Of a stretch of 64,000 nt of DNA, positions 9,379 through 19,881 are shown piece by piece. Source of the DNA: an uncultured Gemmatimonadaceae bacterium (GTDB taxonomy: Bacteria > Gemmatimonadota > Gemmatimonadetes > Gemmatimonadales > Gemmatimonadaceae); NCBI GenBank assembly GCA_963843845.1, contig CAWJMB010000002.1:3328001-3392000 (forward strand). The letters are read 5' to 3'. The notes below the pieces were generated by a model. It was given only the letters and a program-made list of their open reading frames with translations, ran no database searches and was not told where the DNA came from. How positions within the stretch are numbered: position 1 is the stretch's first letter; the number at the start of each line of letters is the position of its first letter. The position numbers were made by a program, and so were the translations under genes.

Positions 9379-10155
9379 TCAGAAGGCTACTCGGTTCGGG
9401 CGAGGCGAACGGACCGGTGCGACGGCGAGCAGCTTCGGAAGGTCCGACGCCCACTGCTGCTGCCCGGTGTCCGCGGAGTAGTGCACGCGCAGGCTGTCGT
9501 CTGCGGTGAACGCGAGGACGCGCGTCGCGTGACCGACCGTGACGCTCGATGCGCCCTGCCCGGGCATCGGCATCGCATGCGTCGACGGGGCGAGGCCGTA
9601 GAGCGCCTCGACGCGGTGCACGTCGTCGAGCGAGCCGCGCAGCCCGACGACGGCCGTGTCGAACTGCGCGAGCCACGCGCGCAGCGCCGACGGCGTGTCG
9701 CGTTCGGGGTCGGTCGTCACGAACACGACGCGGACGCGGGCGCGATCCTCGGGCGACAGTCCGCGTCGCGCCGCGGCGATGTTCGCCATGTGCGTCGGGC
9801 AGATGTCCGGGCAGTGCGTGTATCCGAAGAGCAACAGCGTGACGGCGCCGCGCGTCTCGGCCGCGAACGCGAACGGGCGACCGTCGGTCGTCGCGAGCGT
9901 GAAGTCGCGCTTCGGCGACGCCGGGTCGAGCACGGCGCCCTGATAGGCCGGTGCACCGCCGAGCGGCCCGGCGCACCCGAGCGTCAGCCACGCCATCGCG
10001 AAGGACACGACCGTTCGGCACGTGACCGTTCGGCATCTGACCGTTCGGCACGCGGCTGCAGCGACGAGCGCGGCGTCGGGGGCAGCGGCATCCTCCGCGT
10101 CACGGTCGTCGCGCCGGATGGCCACACGAACGGCTGCCTGCCCACGGGCCGTCAT
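9379..10155 (-). CDS. SCO1/SenC family copper chaperone (start uncertain; could be near 9996)
   Basis: FGYTHCPDICP (CxxxC), VTTDPERDT and distal His in VGHAT. The ATG overlaps the rhodanese stop (ATGA). Confidence 0.9.
   Translation of the reverse strand: MTARGQAAVRVAIRRDDRDAEDAAAPDAALVAAAACRTVRCRTVTCRTVVSFAMAWLTLGCAGPLGGAPAYQGAVLDPASPKRDFTLATTDGRPFAFAAETRGAVTLLLFGYTHCPDICPTHMANIAAARRGLSPEDRARVRVVFVTTDPERDTPSALRAWLAQFDTAVVGLRGSLDDVHRVEALYGLAPSTHAMPMPGQGASSVTVGHATRVLAFTADDSLRVHYSADTGQQQWASDLPKLLAVAPVRSPRPNRVAF
10009..10050. repeat. 3 x 15-bp tandem repeat (core gaccgttcggca)
   Basis: Core copies start at 10009, 10024 and 10039; they encode CRTVR/CRTVT/CRTVV in the SCO frame. Confidence 0.85.
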
Positions 10156-11078
10156 GGCGTCGCGCCCGCGCGCACCGGCCGCTGCTGCTGCGACCACTCC
10201 TCGTACGAGCCGTCGTAGAGCCTCACCGGCAGCCCGAGCATCCGCGCCGCGAAGTACGTGGCGCTCGCGCGGTACCCGACCCAGCAGTACGTCACGACGG
10301 TATCCCCGGGCTGCATCCGCTCGGCGAACAGCGCGCGCAGCGCGGCGGGATCCTTGAGCGGTGCGCCCCCCGCGGAGCCGCTGTCGCCCTGAAAGAGCTG
10401 CTGCCACTCGAGCTGCCGTGCGCCGGCGAGGTGTCCGCCGCTCGTCATCCACCCGCGCGTCTCGGTGCCGAGGTACTCGCCGTCGGTGCGGGTGTCGATC
10501 AGCGCGATTCCCGGCCTGCCGAGCCTCGGCGTGATCCAGTCGGCAGTTGCAACGACGGTCGCGCGAGGACGCGGGCGCAGTGTTCCCCGCGCGACGGCCG
10601 ACGGCGCGCCGGCCGCCACCGCGCGTCCCTCAGCGCGCCACTTCGGGAGTCCGCCGTCGAGCAGCGAGACGTGTGCGTGGCCGAGGTAGTCGAGCGCCAT
10701 GATGGCGCGCGTCGCCGACGGCGCCTCGGCCGAGTACGTGACGACGACGTGCGACGCGTCCGACACGCCGACACGCTCGAACGCCGCGCGCAGCGAGTCG
10801 ACCTCGGGAAGCTCCGACTGCAGGCCGCCGCGGCGCGTCGCGACGGCGGCGTACGGCAGGAAGCGGGCGCCCGGCACGTGGCCGCGCGCGTAGAGCGAGT
10901 CGACGCGGTCGACGTGGAGCACGACGACGTGCGGGTCGTTCAGGTGCGACGCGAGCCACGCCGTCGAGACGACGACGTCGTCGGTCGGCGCCGCCGGGCG
11001 TGAGCGCTGCGCGTCGGCCGATCCGGTCGCGCCGGCGGTCAGCAGTACGACGGCAGCGGCGCGAAGCGCGCGATGCAT
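10152..11078 (-). CDS. exported tandem-domain sulfurtransferase (rhodanese, SseA-like)
   Basis: Signal peptide; VVSTAWLASHL, YARGHVPGA, LLDGGLPKW, IDTR, GHLAGA, active loop YCWVGYRA, LYDGSYEEW. Confidence 0.92.
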   Translation of the reverse strand: MHRALRAAAVVLLTAGATGSADAQRSRPAAPTDDVVVSTAWLASHLNDPHVVVLHVDRVDSLYARGHVPGARFLPYAAVATRRGGLQSELPEVDSLRAAFERVGVSDASHVVVTYSAEAPSATRAIMALDYLGHAHVSLLDGGLPKWRAEGRAVAAGAPSAVARGTLRPRPRATVVATADWITPRLGRPGIALIDTRTDGEYLGTETRGWMTSGGHLAGARQLEWQQLFQGDSGSAGGAPLKDPAALRALFAERMQPGDTVVTYCWVGYRASATYFAARMLGLPVRLYDGSYEEWSQQQRPVRAGATP

Positions 11079-11268
11079 GCGGGATTCCTCGTGGACTGGA
11101 GATGGGGCACGGCGCGCGCGCGGCCGGGAGGTCGGAGGCGCCCGCGCCCGCGAGCGCCGCGGTGCGGCGTCGTGCATCGGACGCGCGCCGCGACGCGGAC
11201 CGCCGCGCCCGACGGATCATGCCCGAAGGCTAGCGTCGCGCTGCCGCGACGGTCGAGCGCGGAGCGCG

Positions 11269-11793
11269 CTACGGACGCGCGCCGACGGCCGCCTGGCGCC
11301 GCCGCACGGCGGCGACGAACCGCTCGCCGTCGGCCGGCGTGAAGCGCGCATCCTCGCCGTTCCCCTTGCCGCTCATCGAGAACTTGCTCCTGCCGTCGCC
11401 GCGCGACTCGAGGCGGATGTGCCCGTCCTCGTAGCGCACGTTCTCGATCGACTGCACCGGCGCGCTCGCGACGAAGCGCATCGCCGAGCCGACGATGCCG
11501 CCGACGGATCGGGTGATCATCGCGCCCACGCCGTCGCCGGACGCCGTGTCGAGCTGCTGCTGCACGGCGCGACGCAGGCTGTCCCCGAGCTGCATGCGCA
11601 CGGTGTCGCCGACGAGCGAGAGCGTGAGCGCGCCGTCGGTGCTCGTGACGCGGACATCCTCGGGGCCTAACGGCATGTCGGTCGCCGACGCCGAGGCGTC
11701 GAACGAGACCGCGGGGCCACGGTCGCCGCGCGAGCAGGCGACGCCGAGGCCGACGGCGGCGAGAACGACGACGAGCGATCGATGGGTGCGCAT
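11269..11793 (-). CDS. hypothetical lipoprotein
   Basis: Lipobox-like signal MRTHRSLVVVLAAVGLGVA-C. Confidence 0.7.
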   Translation of the reverse strand: MRTHRSLVVVLAAVGLGVACSRGDRGPAVSFDASASATDMPLGPEDVRVTSTDGALTLSLVGDTVRMQLGDSLRRAVQQQLDTASGDGVGAMITRSVGGIVGSAMRFVASAPVQSIENVRYEDGHIRLESRGDGRSKFSMSGKGNGEDARFTPADGERFVAAVRRRQAAVGARP

Positions 11794-11982
11794 GGGTCGG
11801 TGAACGCGGGGGCGCCGTCCGGGCGTCCGCGCGACGCGTGTCGTCGCATGCGGTCGCGTGCCGTGGCGCCCCATCACGCGTCCCTACGGCGTGCCCGACC
11901 GGTCTGTTTCCCGCGCCGAGGTCCACCTCCCGGAGGTGCTCGCGGCGGTGGCCTGACGCGGACATCACGTCGCGTCGGGCAC

Positions 11983-12948
11983 TCACCGGCGTCGAACGTA
12001 CGCCATCCCGTCGGGTGTGTCGCCCGTGTCGAGCAACCGCACGACGCGCCGCGTCGCGACGTCGACTTCGGCCACTTTCCGCTGCGTGGACATCGCGACC
12101 CAGGCGCGCCGTCCGTCCGGGGCGAGGAGGATGCCGAGCGGCATGCTGCCGTCGCCGAACGCGATCGCGCCGACCTGCGTCCGCGCCTTCGCGTCGTAGA
12201 CGGCGACGTTCCCGTCGCGCGCGTTCGACAGCAGCACCCAGCGGCCGTCGGGAGTGAAGTGGAGCCGGTTCGGCATCGCGCCCGCCGGGATCGCCGCGAC
12301 CGAGTCGAGCGTCGCCGCGTTCAGCACCGTGACGTAGTTCAGCACGCGGTCGGCCGCCCACACCTCGCGCCCGTCGGGCGACACGTCGATCGCCTCCGGA
12401 CTGCGGCCGACGCGCGCCGTCTTAAGCGCCGTTCCGGCCGCGAGGTCGACGAGCGTCACCGAGCCGCTGCCGAGGTTCGCGGTATACGCGCGGCGGCCGT
12501 CGGCGGTGAGGACGAGCATGTGCGTGCCGTCCTGATCCGTCGGAATCGCGCGCACGACGCGGCCGGCGTCGACGTCGACGACCACCACGTGCTTGCTCAT
12601 CTCCGACGTGACGGCGACCTGCCTCGTGTCGGGCAGCCAGACGATGCCGTGTGGGCGCCGGTATTCGCCGAGCTCGATCGTGCGGAGCGGCTCGTGCGCG
12701 ACGAGGTCGAGCACGGTCAGCGTGTGGCCGGGCTCCTGCGCGCCGTAGTCGGCGACGACGGCGGTCCGCCCGTCGGGCGACACGGTGACTTCGTGCGGGA
12801 AGGGGCCGGTCGGCATGCTCGCGACTCTGGCGCCGCTCGTCGCGTCGAGCACCACGGCCTCGGCCGCGTTCTTGTTCAGGACGAGGAGCTGGTCCTGGGC
12901 GTGAGCCACGGCCGGGGCGAGCGCGAGGAGGAACGTCGTGAGGCGCAT
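11983..12948 (-). CDS. exported YVTN/YncE-type beta-propeller protein
   Basis: Signal peptide; repeated PHEVTVSPDGR, PEAIDVSPDGR, PNRLHFTPDGR and PLGILLAPDGR blades. Confidence 0.88.
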   Translation of the reverse strand: MRLTTFLLALAPAVAHAQDQLLVLNKNAAEAVVLDATSGARVASMPTGPFPHEVTVSPDGRTAVVADYGAQEPGHTLTVLDLVAHEPLRTIELGEYRRPHGIVWLPDTRQVAVTSEMSKHVVVVDVDAGRVVRAIPTDQDGTHMLVLTADGRRAYTANLGSGSVTLVDLAAGTALKTARVGRSPEAIDVSPDGREVWAADRVLNYVTVLNAATLDSVAAIPAGAMPNRLHFTPDGRWVLLSNARDGNVAVYDAKARTQVGAIAFGDGSMPLGILLAPDGRRAWVAMSTQRKVAEVDVATRRVVRLLDTGDTPDGMAYVRRR

Positions 12949-13035
12949 GAGACGAGTTCTGCGAGGGAGGGGGGCGGCTGACTTCGTCCGGTGCACCGTT
13001 AGGCAAGCAGCCATCAGGGAAATAGCATTCAGTCC

Positions 13036-14843
13036 GTGCTCCTGCAAACGACCTTCCCCGCCGTCGTCGCCGACCCCAGCGAGATGGCCGCCGCGCTGCT
13101 GCAGGCAGCCATCACGGCCGGCCTCGCCGCGGTCTGCGCGTTCCTCTATCGCCGCCACCGCAAGGCGTACTTCGCGTGGTTCGCCGTCGCGTGGTCGCTG
13201 TACCTGCTGCGCATCGGCGCGATCGCGAGCTTCCTGCTCAGCGTGGCGCGGCCGTGGCTGTACGTCCACCAGGTGATCACCGGCCTCACCGCGCTCGCGC
13301 TGCTGTGGGCCGCGCTCGTGTTCTCGCGGCAGCTCGCGTGGCGATGGCGCTATCTGCTCGTCGCTGCTCTTTCCGCCGCTCTGGTCGTTCGTCGCGATCT
13401 ACCAGCTCGACTCGTTCTACCTCGCCGCGGCGCCGATGGTCGTGTTCCTGAGCCTCGCCGACGCTGTGGAGCGGGTGGACGTTCCTCGACTACCACCGGC
13501 GCGTCGAGTCGGCGGGCGCGCGGCTGCTCGCCGCCGCGTTCACGCTCTGGGGCGTGCACCACCTCGACTACCCGTTCCTCCGCGCGACAGGGCGCGTGGA
13601 CGCCGTGGGGCTACTACCTCGACATCGCTGTTCGAGCTCGCCGTCGGCGTCGGGGATCCTCGTGCTCGTGCTCGACGACCTGCGCCGCGGGCTCGGCGGC
13701 GCTCAGCGCGCTCTCGGGCGATCTGCAGCGCGGCGGCGACGTGCTGGGCACTCTGCTCGCGCGCCCGCTCGAGCTGCCGGCCGTGCGCGGCACCGCGTTC
13801 TACGAGCGCGAGGCGAACGGGCGACGGTCGGGGCTCTGCCGTCGCGGCGCCGGCTCGTGCGCCGCGTGGGAGCGGCACGCGGCCGGAACGGGACGCTGGC
13901 GCGAGCTGCTCGAGCGAGTGCGCGACGACGGGCGGCCGCAGGTGCGCCGGGCGTCGCGGGGCACGCGTCGGTCGCCGCGCTGCCGGTGCTCGTCGAAGGA
14001 AGCGCCGACGCGGCGCGCTCGTGCTCGCCGGCGACGCGCGCGACCCGTTCACCGCGCTCGACGAGAGCTTCCTCCGCGCGTTCGGCCAGCAGGTCGGCGC
14101 GGCGCTCCGCAGCGGCGGCGCTCTACGAGCAGCTCGAGACGCGCACCGCGGAGCTCGAGCGGCTGTCGACGCGCATGGTGCGGCAGCACGAGGAGGAGCG
14201 GCGCCGCCTGTCGCGCGAGCTGCACGACGAGACCGCGCAGGTCTTCACCGCCGTGAAGATGCAGCTCGGCGTGCTGCGCGGCGGACGTCGACGCGGCGCA
14301 GCGCGAGCGACTCGACCGCGTGCTCGGGCTCATCGACACCGGGATCGGCAGCATCCGCAGCGTCACGAACGACCTGCGCCCGTCGCTGCTCGACGACCTC
14401 GGCCTGCTGCCGGCGCTGCGCTCGCTCTGCGCCGACTTCGCCGAGCGCAGCGGCATCCGCGACGACGATCGACGCTCCCGCCGTCGCTGCCGCCGCTGCC
14501 CGACGACGCCGACCTCGCGCTGTTCCGCGCGCTCCAGGAAGGGCTCTCGAACGTCGCCCGCCACGCCGCCGCCGATTCGGCGCACGTCGCGGTCACGGTC
14601 GACGACGGCGCGCAGGCCGCGGTCGTGCTCTCGGTACGCGACGACGGCGAGGGGATCGGCGCGATCGCCGACCTCGCGCGCTGGGAGCGCGAGGGGCACA
14701 TGGGGCTCGTCGGGATGCGCGAGCGGATCGGCGCCCTCGGCGGGACCGTGTCGCTCGCCGACGCGGCGGGTGGCGCCGAGCTCCGGGTCCGCGTGCCCGT
14801 GTCGACGTGGGCGCGGCGACGGTATCGCCACTCGCGCCGATAG
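13036..14843 (+). CDS. membrane sensor histidine kinase, HisKA_3 (NarX/UhpB-like); several frameshifts
   Basis: TM N-terminus, EEERRRLSRELHDETAQ, LRPSLLDDLGL, FRALQEGLSNVARHA, VRDDGEG and GLVGMRER are spread over different frames. Confidence 0.85.
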
Positions 14844-14853
14844 ATTGCCGGGC

Positions 14854-15519
14854 ATGACCGAGTCGATCAGAGTGCTCGTCGTCGACGACCACGCCGTCGT
14901 GCGCGAGGGGATCCGCCACATCCTCGAAGGCGAGAGCGGCTTCGCCGTCGTCGGCGAGGCGTCGAACGGCGCCGACGCGGTGCGCCTCGCCGCCGAGCAG
15001 CGCCCCGACGTCGTCGTGCTCGACGTGTCGATGCCCGGCGAGTCGGGGCTGCGCGTCGCGCCGCGGCTGCGCGAGGCGGCGCCCGAGGCGCGCGTGCTCA
15101 TCATGAGCATGCACGACAACGCGGAGTACGTGCGCGAGGGCGTGCGGGCCGGCGCGAGCGGCTACCTGCTCAAGGACAGCGCCGCGGCCGAGCTGCGGCT
15201 CGCGGTGCGCGCGGTGCACGCCGGCGGCTCGTACTTCAGCACGCCCGCGGCGCTCGGCCTCAGCGCCGAGAGCGCGCAGCGCGAGCCGAGCGCCGCGACG
15301 CCGTCGCTCGACGTGCTCACCGCGCGGGAGCGCGAAGTGCTCGGCGGCATCGCCCGCGGGCTGACGAACAAGGAGATCGCGGGCGAGCTGGGGATCAGCC
15401 ACCGCACCGTCGAGACGCATCGCGAGAGTCTGATGCGCAAACTCGGCATTCGCACCGTGGCGGGGCTCACGCGGTTCGTGCTCGACGCCGGCCCCGACGC
15501 GCTGTCCCCGTCCGCCTGA
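14854..15519 (+). CDS. NarL/FixJ family response regulator
   Basis: VLVVDDHAVVREG, VVLDVSMP, GYLLK; LuxR HTH LTAREREVL..GLTNKEIA..TVETHRESLMRKL. Confidence 0.95.
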   Translation: MTESIRVLVVDDHAVVREGIRHILEGESGFAVVGEASNGADAVRLAAEQRPDVVVLDVSMPGESGLRVAPRLREAAPEARVLIMSMHDNAEYVREGVRAGASGYLLKDSAAAELRLAVRAVHAGGSYFSTPAALGLSAESAQREPSAATPSLDVLTAREREVLGGIARGLTNKEIAGELGISHRTVETHRESLMRKLGIRTVAGLTRFVLDAGPDALSPSA

Positions 15520-15563
15520 CGCCCGCCTCCCGACCGACTACCGACCGACTACCGACGAGACCG

Positions 15564-17260
15564 ATGTCGAGACGCTCTGCCCTGTCGTCGCCGTTCGCGG
15601 CGGTCCGCCTTCCGCTCGCCGGCGCCCTCTTCGCGCTGGGCGCCTGCGCCCCCGCGCGCACGACGCCGACCACCACGCCGAGTCCGGTGCCGGCGCGGCC
15701 GACCACCCCTGCGCCGGGCGCGCCGCTGCCGACCGGGCGCGAGACGCCGGTGCCGGCCGTGACGGCCGACGAGCCGCCGCAGGACTGGCACCTGCTCGAC
15801 CTCGCCGCCGACGGCTTCGCCGGCATCAGTCTGCGCCGCGCCGAGCGCGAGCTGCTCGCCGGGCGGCGGCCGCAGCGGTCGGTGCTCGTCGCCGTGATCG
15901 ACGGTGGCATCGACACGGCGCACGTCGACCTGCGCGCCAACCTCTGGTCGAACCCGCGCGAGACGGGCGGTGGCGACGGCGACGGCGACGGGCTCCGCGG
16001 CGACGTGCGCGGGTGGAACTTCGTCGGCGGGCGCGACGGGCGGAACGTCAATCAGGACACCTACGAGGTCACGCGCTTACAGGCGCGCTGTGACAGCGGC
16101 TCGGTGCGCGGCGATTCGCTGAAGACCTTCTGCCCGAAGGTCACCGCCGAGTACGGCGAGACGCGGGCGAACGCCGAGCGCGAGGCGGCGCAGATCCAGC
16201 AGATCGCGACCGCGATGGACGTCGCGATGCGCTCGCTGCGCCAGGTGCTCCACGACACGATCTCGGTGCGGACCGTGCGCGCGTTGCAGCCGACGATGCC
16301 GCAGTTGCAGCAGGCGCGCGACCTCTATCTGCGCCTCGCCGCGAACGGCATCACGCCGCAGGCGATCGCCGAGGCGAAGGAGAGTGTCGAGAACCGGCTG
16401 CGGTACGGACTCAACACCTCGTTCAACCCGCGCCCGATCGTCGGCGACGACTACGCGAACCCGAGCGAGCGCACGTACGGCAATGCCGACGTCATGGGCC
16501 CGGACGCGAAGCACGGCACCCACGTCTCGGGCATCATCGCCGCGGTGCGCGGCAACGACGCCGGCATCGACGGCATCGCGCCGTCGGGCACTCGACTCCT
16601 GACGATCCGCACCGTCCCCGACGGCGACGAGCGCGACAAGGACATCGCGAACGCGATCCGCTACGCCGTCGACCACGGCGCGCACATCATGAACATGAGC
16701 TTCGGGAAGGGGTGGTCGCCGCAGAAGGGCGTCGTCGACGATGCGGTGAAGTACGCGGAGTCGAAGGGCGTCCTGCTCGATCCACGCGGCCGGCAACGAC
16801 GGCGAGGACCTGACGAAGAAGCAGAGCTTCCCGACGCCGTTCTACGCGGGCGGGGCGCGCGTGCCGAACTGGATCGAGGTCGGCGCGTCGTCGTGGAAGG
16901 GGGGCGACAGGCTCGCGGCGCCCTTCTCGAACTACGCGGCGGACCGGGTCGATCTGTTCGCGCCCGGAGTGGCGATCTACTCGACGGTGCCTAACGGCGG
17001 CTACGAGCGGCTCGACGGCACGAGCATGGCGACGCCGGTGGTCGAGCGGCGTCGCGGCGCTGCTCATGTCGTACTTCCCGGAGTTGACGGCGGCGGACGT
17101 GAAGCGGGTGCTGCTCGCGTCGGCGGCGCGGCATGGATCGCAGCGGGTGGTCCGGCCGGGGTCGGACGACGAGCGGGTGCCGTTCTCGTCGCTCTCGACG
17201 ACGGGCGGGATCGTCAATGTGTACGAGGCGGTGAAGATGATCCTCGAGAAGCGGATGTAA
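15564..17260 (+). CDS. S8 subtilisin-like serine peptidase, lipoprotein (frameshifts near 16780 and 17040)
   Basis: Lipobox LGA-C; catalytic motifs AVIDGG, HGTHVSG, AAGN and GTSMATP. Confidence 0.9.
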
Positions 17261-17270
17261 GGGATCGATG

Positions 17271-17410
17271 CGGCGGGGACGGTGAGGCGGGGACGGAACG
17301 GCGGGGAACGGTGTATCGGCAGCGCCGTACCGGCCGCGCCGTACCGCCAGCGCCGTATCGACGGCGCCGTTACGCCGTAGAGAAACCGCCGTAGAGTCCC
17401 GCCGTATCGA
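17271..17410. repeat. degenerate intergenic tandem repeats (ggcgggga x3; cgccgt[a/t] x7, about 14-bp period)
   Basis: cgccgt starts at 17323, 17337, 17351, 17365, 17373, 17387 and 17400. Confidence 0.7.
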
Positions 17411-17423
17411 CACCGCCCCACGC

Positions 17424-18347
17424 TCAGACGTAGAGCATCCCTTCGCGGATCGCTCGCCCGTCCCGCGCGATCGCCGCATGATCGCGCTCGCGCCACGCGG
17501 CGTGCGCCCCGACCGCCGCGATCACCGCGTCGAGCGCGTCGCCGCCGGGGTCGCGCAGCGCGACGCGACGGAGCGCGTCCGGCAGCGCGACGTGCGGCGC
17601 GAGACCGTCGACGATGACGCGACGCGTCGCCCGCCGCGCCGCCGTCAGCCGCCCGCCCTCCGGCTGCTTGTAGCGCTGCGTCGGCAGCCCGAGGCGGCGC
17701 AGCGTCGAGCTGGGGCACGCCTCGACGACGACGCGGCGCGCGCGGCTCACGCGGCGGTAGTGGAACGGCAGCACCGCAGTCTCGCGCGCGCGGGCGAGCG
17801 GCGCGACGACGTCGCGCATGCCGTGGAAGGTCTGGTAGATGATCCGGTAGTGATACGGGTCGAACGGCGCGCGCTCGGCCGCGTCGGTCGCGCGGCGGAC
17901 GTGGATCGCGGGGCCGGCCGCGTACCCCGGCGACGCCTCGCGCACCGCCGCGCGGACCTCGCGCCCCCGCGCACACGCCCAGAGCCCGAGCGCGTAGGCG
18001 CCGTCCGCCCACGCGCGCACGAGGCGGAGCTGGTCGCGCCACGTCGCGCCGTCGTCGAGCACCTCGACCGGAAGCCCGAACGGCGCGTCGACGGCCCAGA
18101 GCGCGCCCCGCGACGCGCGGATCAGCGCCACGAGGTGCGCGAGCGCGCCGTCGCGCTCGGCGGTGCCGGCGAGCCGCTCGAGCGGCGCGAGCTCGACGAG
18201 GCGCAGCGGCGCGGCGCCGGCGCGCACCTCGGCGCGCGGCACGACCTCGCAGCGCGCGAGCCACGTCGTGCGGCCCGCGAGCTTCGCGCCGCTGAAGTCG
18301 ACGCCGAACACGGTGCGGATGCGGGGGAGCCGGACGGGTGCGGACAC
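17424..18347 (-). CDS. DUF429-like protein (predicted RNase H-fold)
   Basis: FGVDFSGA, AVDAPFGLP, VVEACPS and DALDAVIAA motifs. Confidence 0.75.
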   Translation of the reverse strand: MSAPVRLPRIRTVFGVDFSGAKLAGRTTWLARCEVVPRAEVRAGAAPLRLVELAPLERLAGTAERDGALAHLVALIRASRGALWAVDAPFGLPVEVLDDGATWRDQLRLVRAWADGAYALGLWACARGREVRAAVREASPGYAAGPAIHVRRATDAAERAPFDPYHYRIIYQTFHGMRDVVAPLARARETAVLPFHYRRVSRARRVVVEACPSSTLRRLGLPTQRYKQPEGGRLTAARRATRRVIVDGLAPHVALPDALRRVALRDPGGDALDAVIAAVGAHAAWRERDHAAIARDGRAIREGMLYV

Positions 18348-18365
18348 ACCCGAATATAACCCGAA

Positions 18366-19777
18366 CTAGCCGGGCGTCGCGCGCGGCAGCACGACGGTCG
18401 CGCGACCGCCGCGCCGGTCGTCCCGGTTCTCGAGCGTGATCGAGCCGCCGTGCGCCTCGGCGATCTGTCGGCAGAGCGCGAGCCCGATGCCCGACCCGTG
18501 CGGCTTCGTGCTGTAGAACGGCACGAACAGGTTCGCCGGATCGGCGATGCCGGCGCCGTCGTCGTCCACGATCACGCGGACGACCGACGGCGCGACCTCC
18601 CACCGCACGTCGACGCCGCCGCCGCCGGTCTCGAGTCGACGCGTCGGCCGCGTTCCGCACGACGTTGATGAGCAGCTGGTCGAGCTGATCGGGGTCGGCG
18701 CTCACGCGCACGCTCGGTCCGGCGGCGACGCGCACGGTGACGCGCGGCTCGAGCGCCGCGACGCGACGCACCCACGCGGCGACGTCGACGGCGCGCTTCT
18801 GCGGCGGCGGCAGCCGCGAGAGCCGCGCGTACGCGCCGATGAACCGGCCGAGCGCGTCCGCTCGCTCGGCGACGACGCCGAGTCCGTGCATGAAGTCGTC
18901 GTCCGACGTGCCGAACGCGGCGACGACGCCGGACGCCGTCGGCACGCTCACCGGTACGAGCGCCGCGCGCTCCGCCCGCTCGCGCGCCGCGCGCACGCGG
19001 CGGAGCAGGCTGCCGGCGATCGTCTTGATCGGCGCGAGCGAGTTGTTGATCTCGTGGCTCAGCACGCGAATGAGCCGCTGCCACGCGAGACGCTCCTCGG
19101 CGCGCAGCGTCTCGCTGAGGTCGGTGACGAGCAGCAGCTCGTGCGGCCGCCCGCCCTGTCGGAACTCGCCGAGCCGCACCTCCCAGCGGCCGCCGCCGCC
19201 GGGGAAGGTCGCGCTGACGACGCGCGGCGCCGTATCGCGCGCGGTGGTCGCGCGGCCGTGTCCCGCCAGCAGGCCGGCGAGGCCCAACGCGTCCGCACCG
19301 ACGCCGACGAGGCGCTCGGCGGGGCGGTCGAGCAGGCGCTCGCCCTGGCGGTTCACCAGTCGCAGCCGCCGCTCCTCGTCGAACGCGAAGATCGCGACGT
19401 CGATCTCCTGCATCACGCGGCGCAGCAGCGCCGCCGACTCCAGCGACCGCAGCCGCTCCTCGCGCAGCGTGGTCGTGAGCAGGTTCGCCTCGAGCAGCGC
19501 GAGGCCCAACGCGTCGTCCGGGCGCGCGCCGCGCCCGCGCGTGGAGAAGTCGCCCTCGCGCAGCGCCGCGAGCATGTTCGACAGCGTCTGCAGCGGCCGG
19601 ACGACGGACGCGCGCACCGCCAGCGACCCGACGACCCACGCGCCGAGCGACGACGACTCGAGCGTCGTGCGGCAGCGTCTCGTCCATCGCCGTCCGCTCG
19701 AGCAGCACGAGCGCCACGACCACCGCCGGCAGCCCGCCCGCGAGCGCGACGAGGAAGACGCGCGCGGAATGCGTCAC
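18366..19777 (-). CDS. NtrY-like sensor histidine kinase (frameshifts near 19670 and 18630)
   Basis: TM/HAMP-like region, PAS-like region, VLSHEINNSLAPI, QLLINVVRNA, DDDGAGI, FVPFYSTKPHGSGIGL. Confidence 0.88.
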
Positions 19778-19778
19778 G

Positions 19779-19879
19779 GGCCGGGACTACCGGGACGGTC
19801 GGGACTCGGACTCGGGACTCGGTCGTCGGGAACGGTTCGAGTCCCGAGCCCCGAGTCCCGACCGTCCCGAGTCCCGGCC
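19779..19879. repeat. long imperfect palindrome built from gggact(c) units
   Basis: Complementary arm pairs: ggccgggact/agtcccggcc, cgggacggtcgggactcgg/ccgagtcccgaccgtcccg and ctcgggactcg/cgagtcccgag. Confidence 0.85.
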
Positions 19880-19881
19880 GT

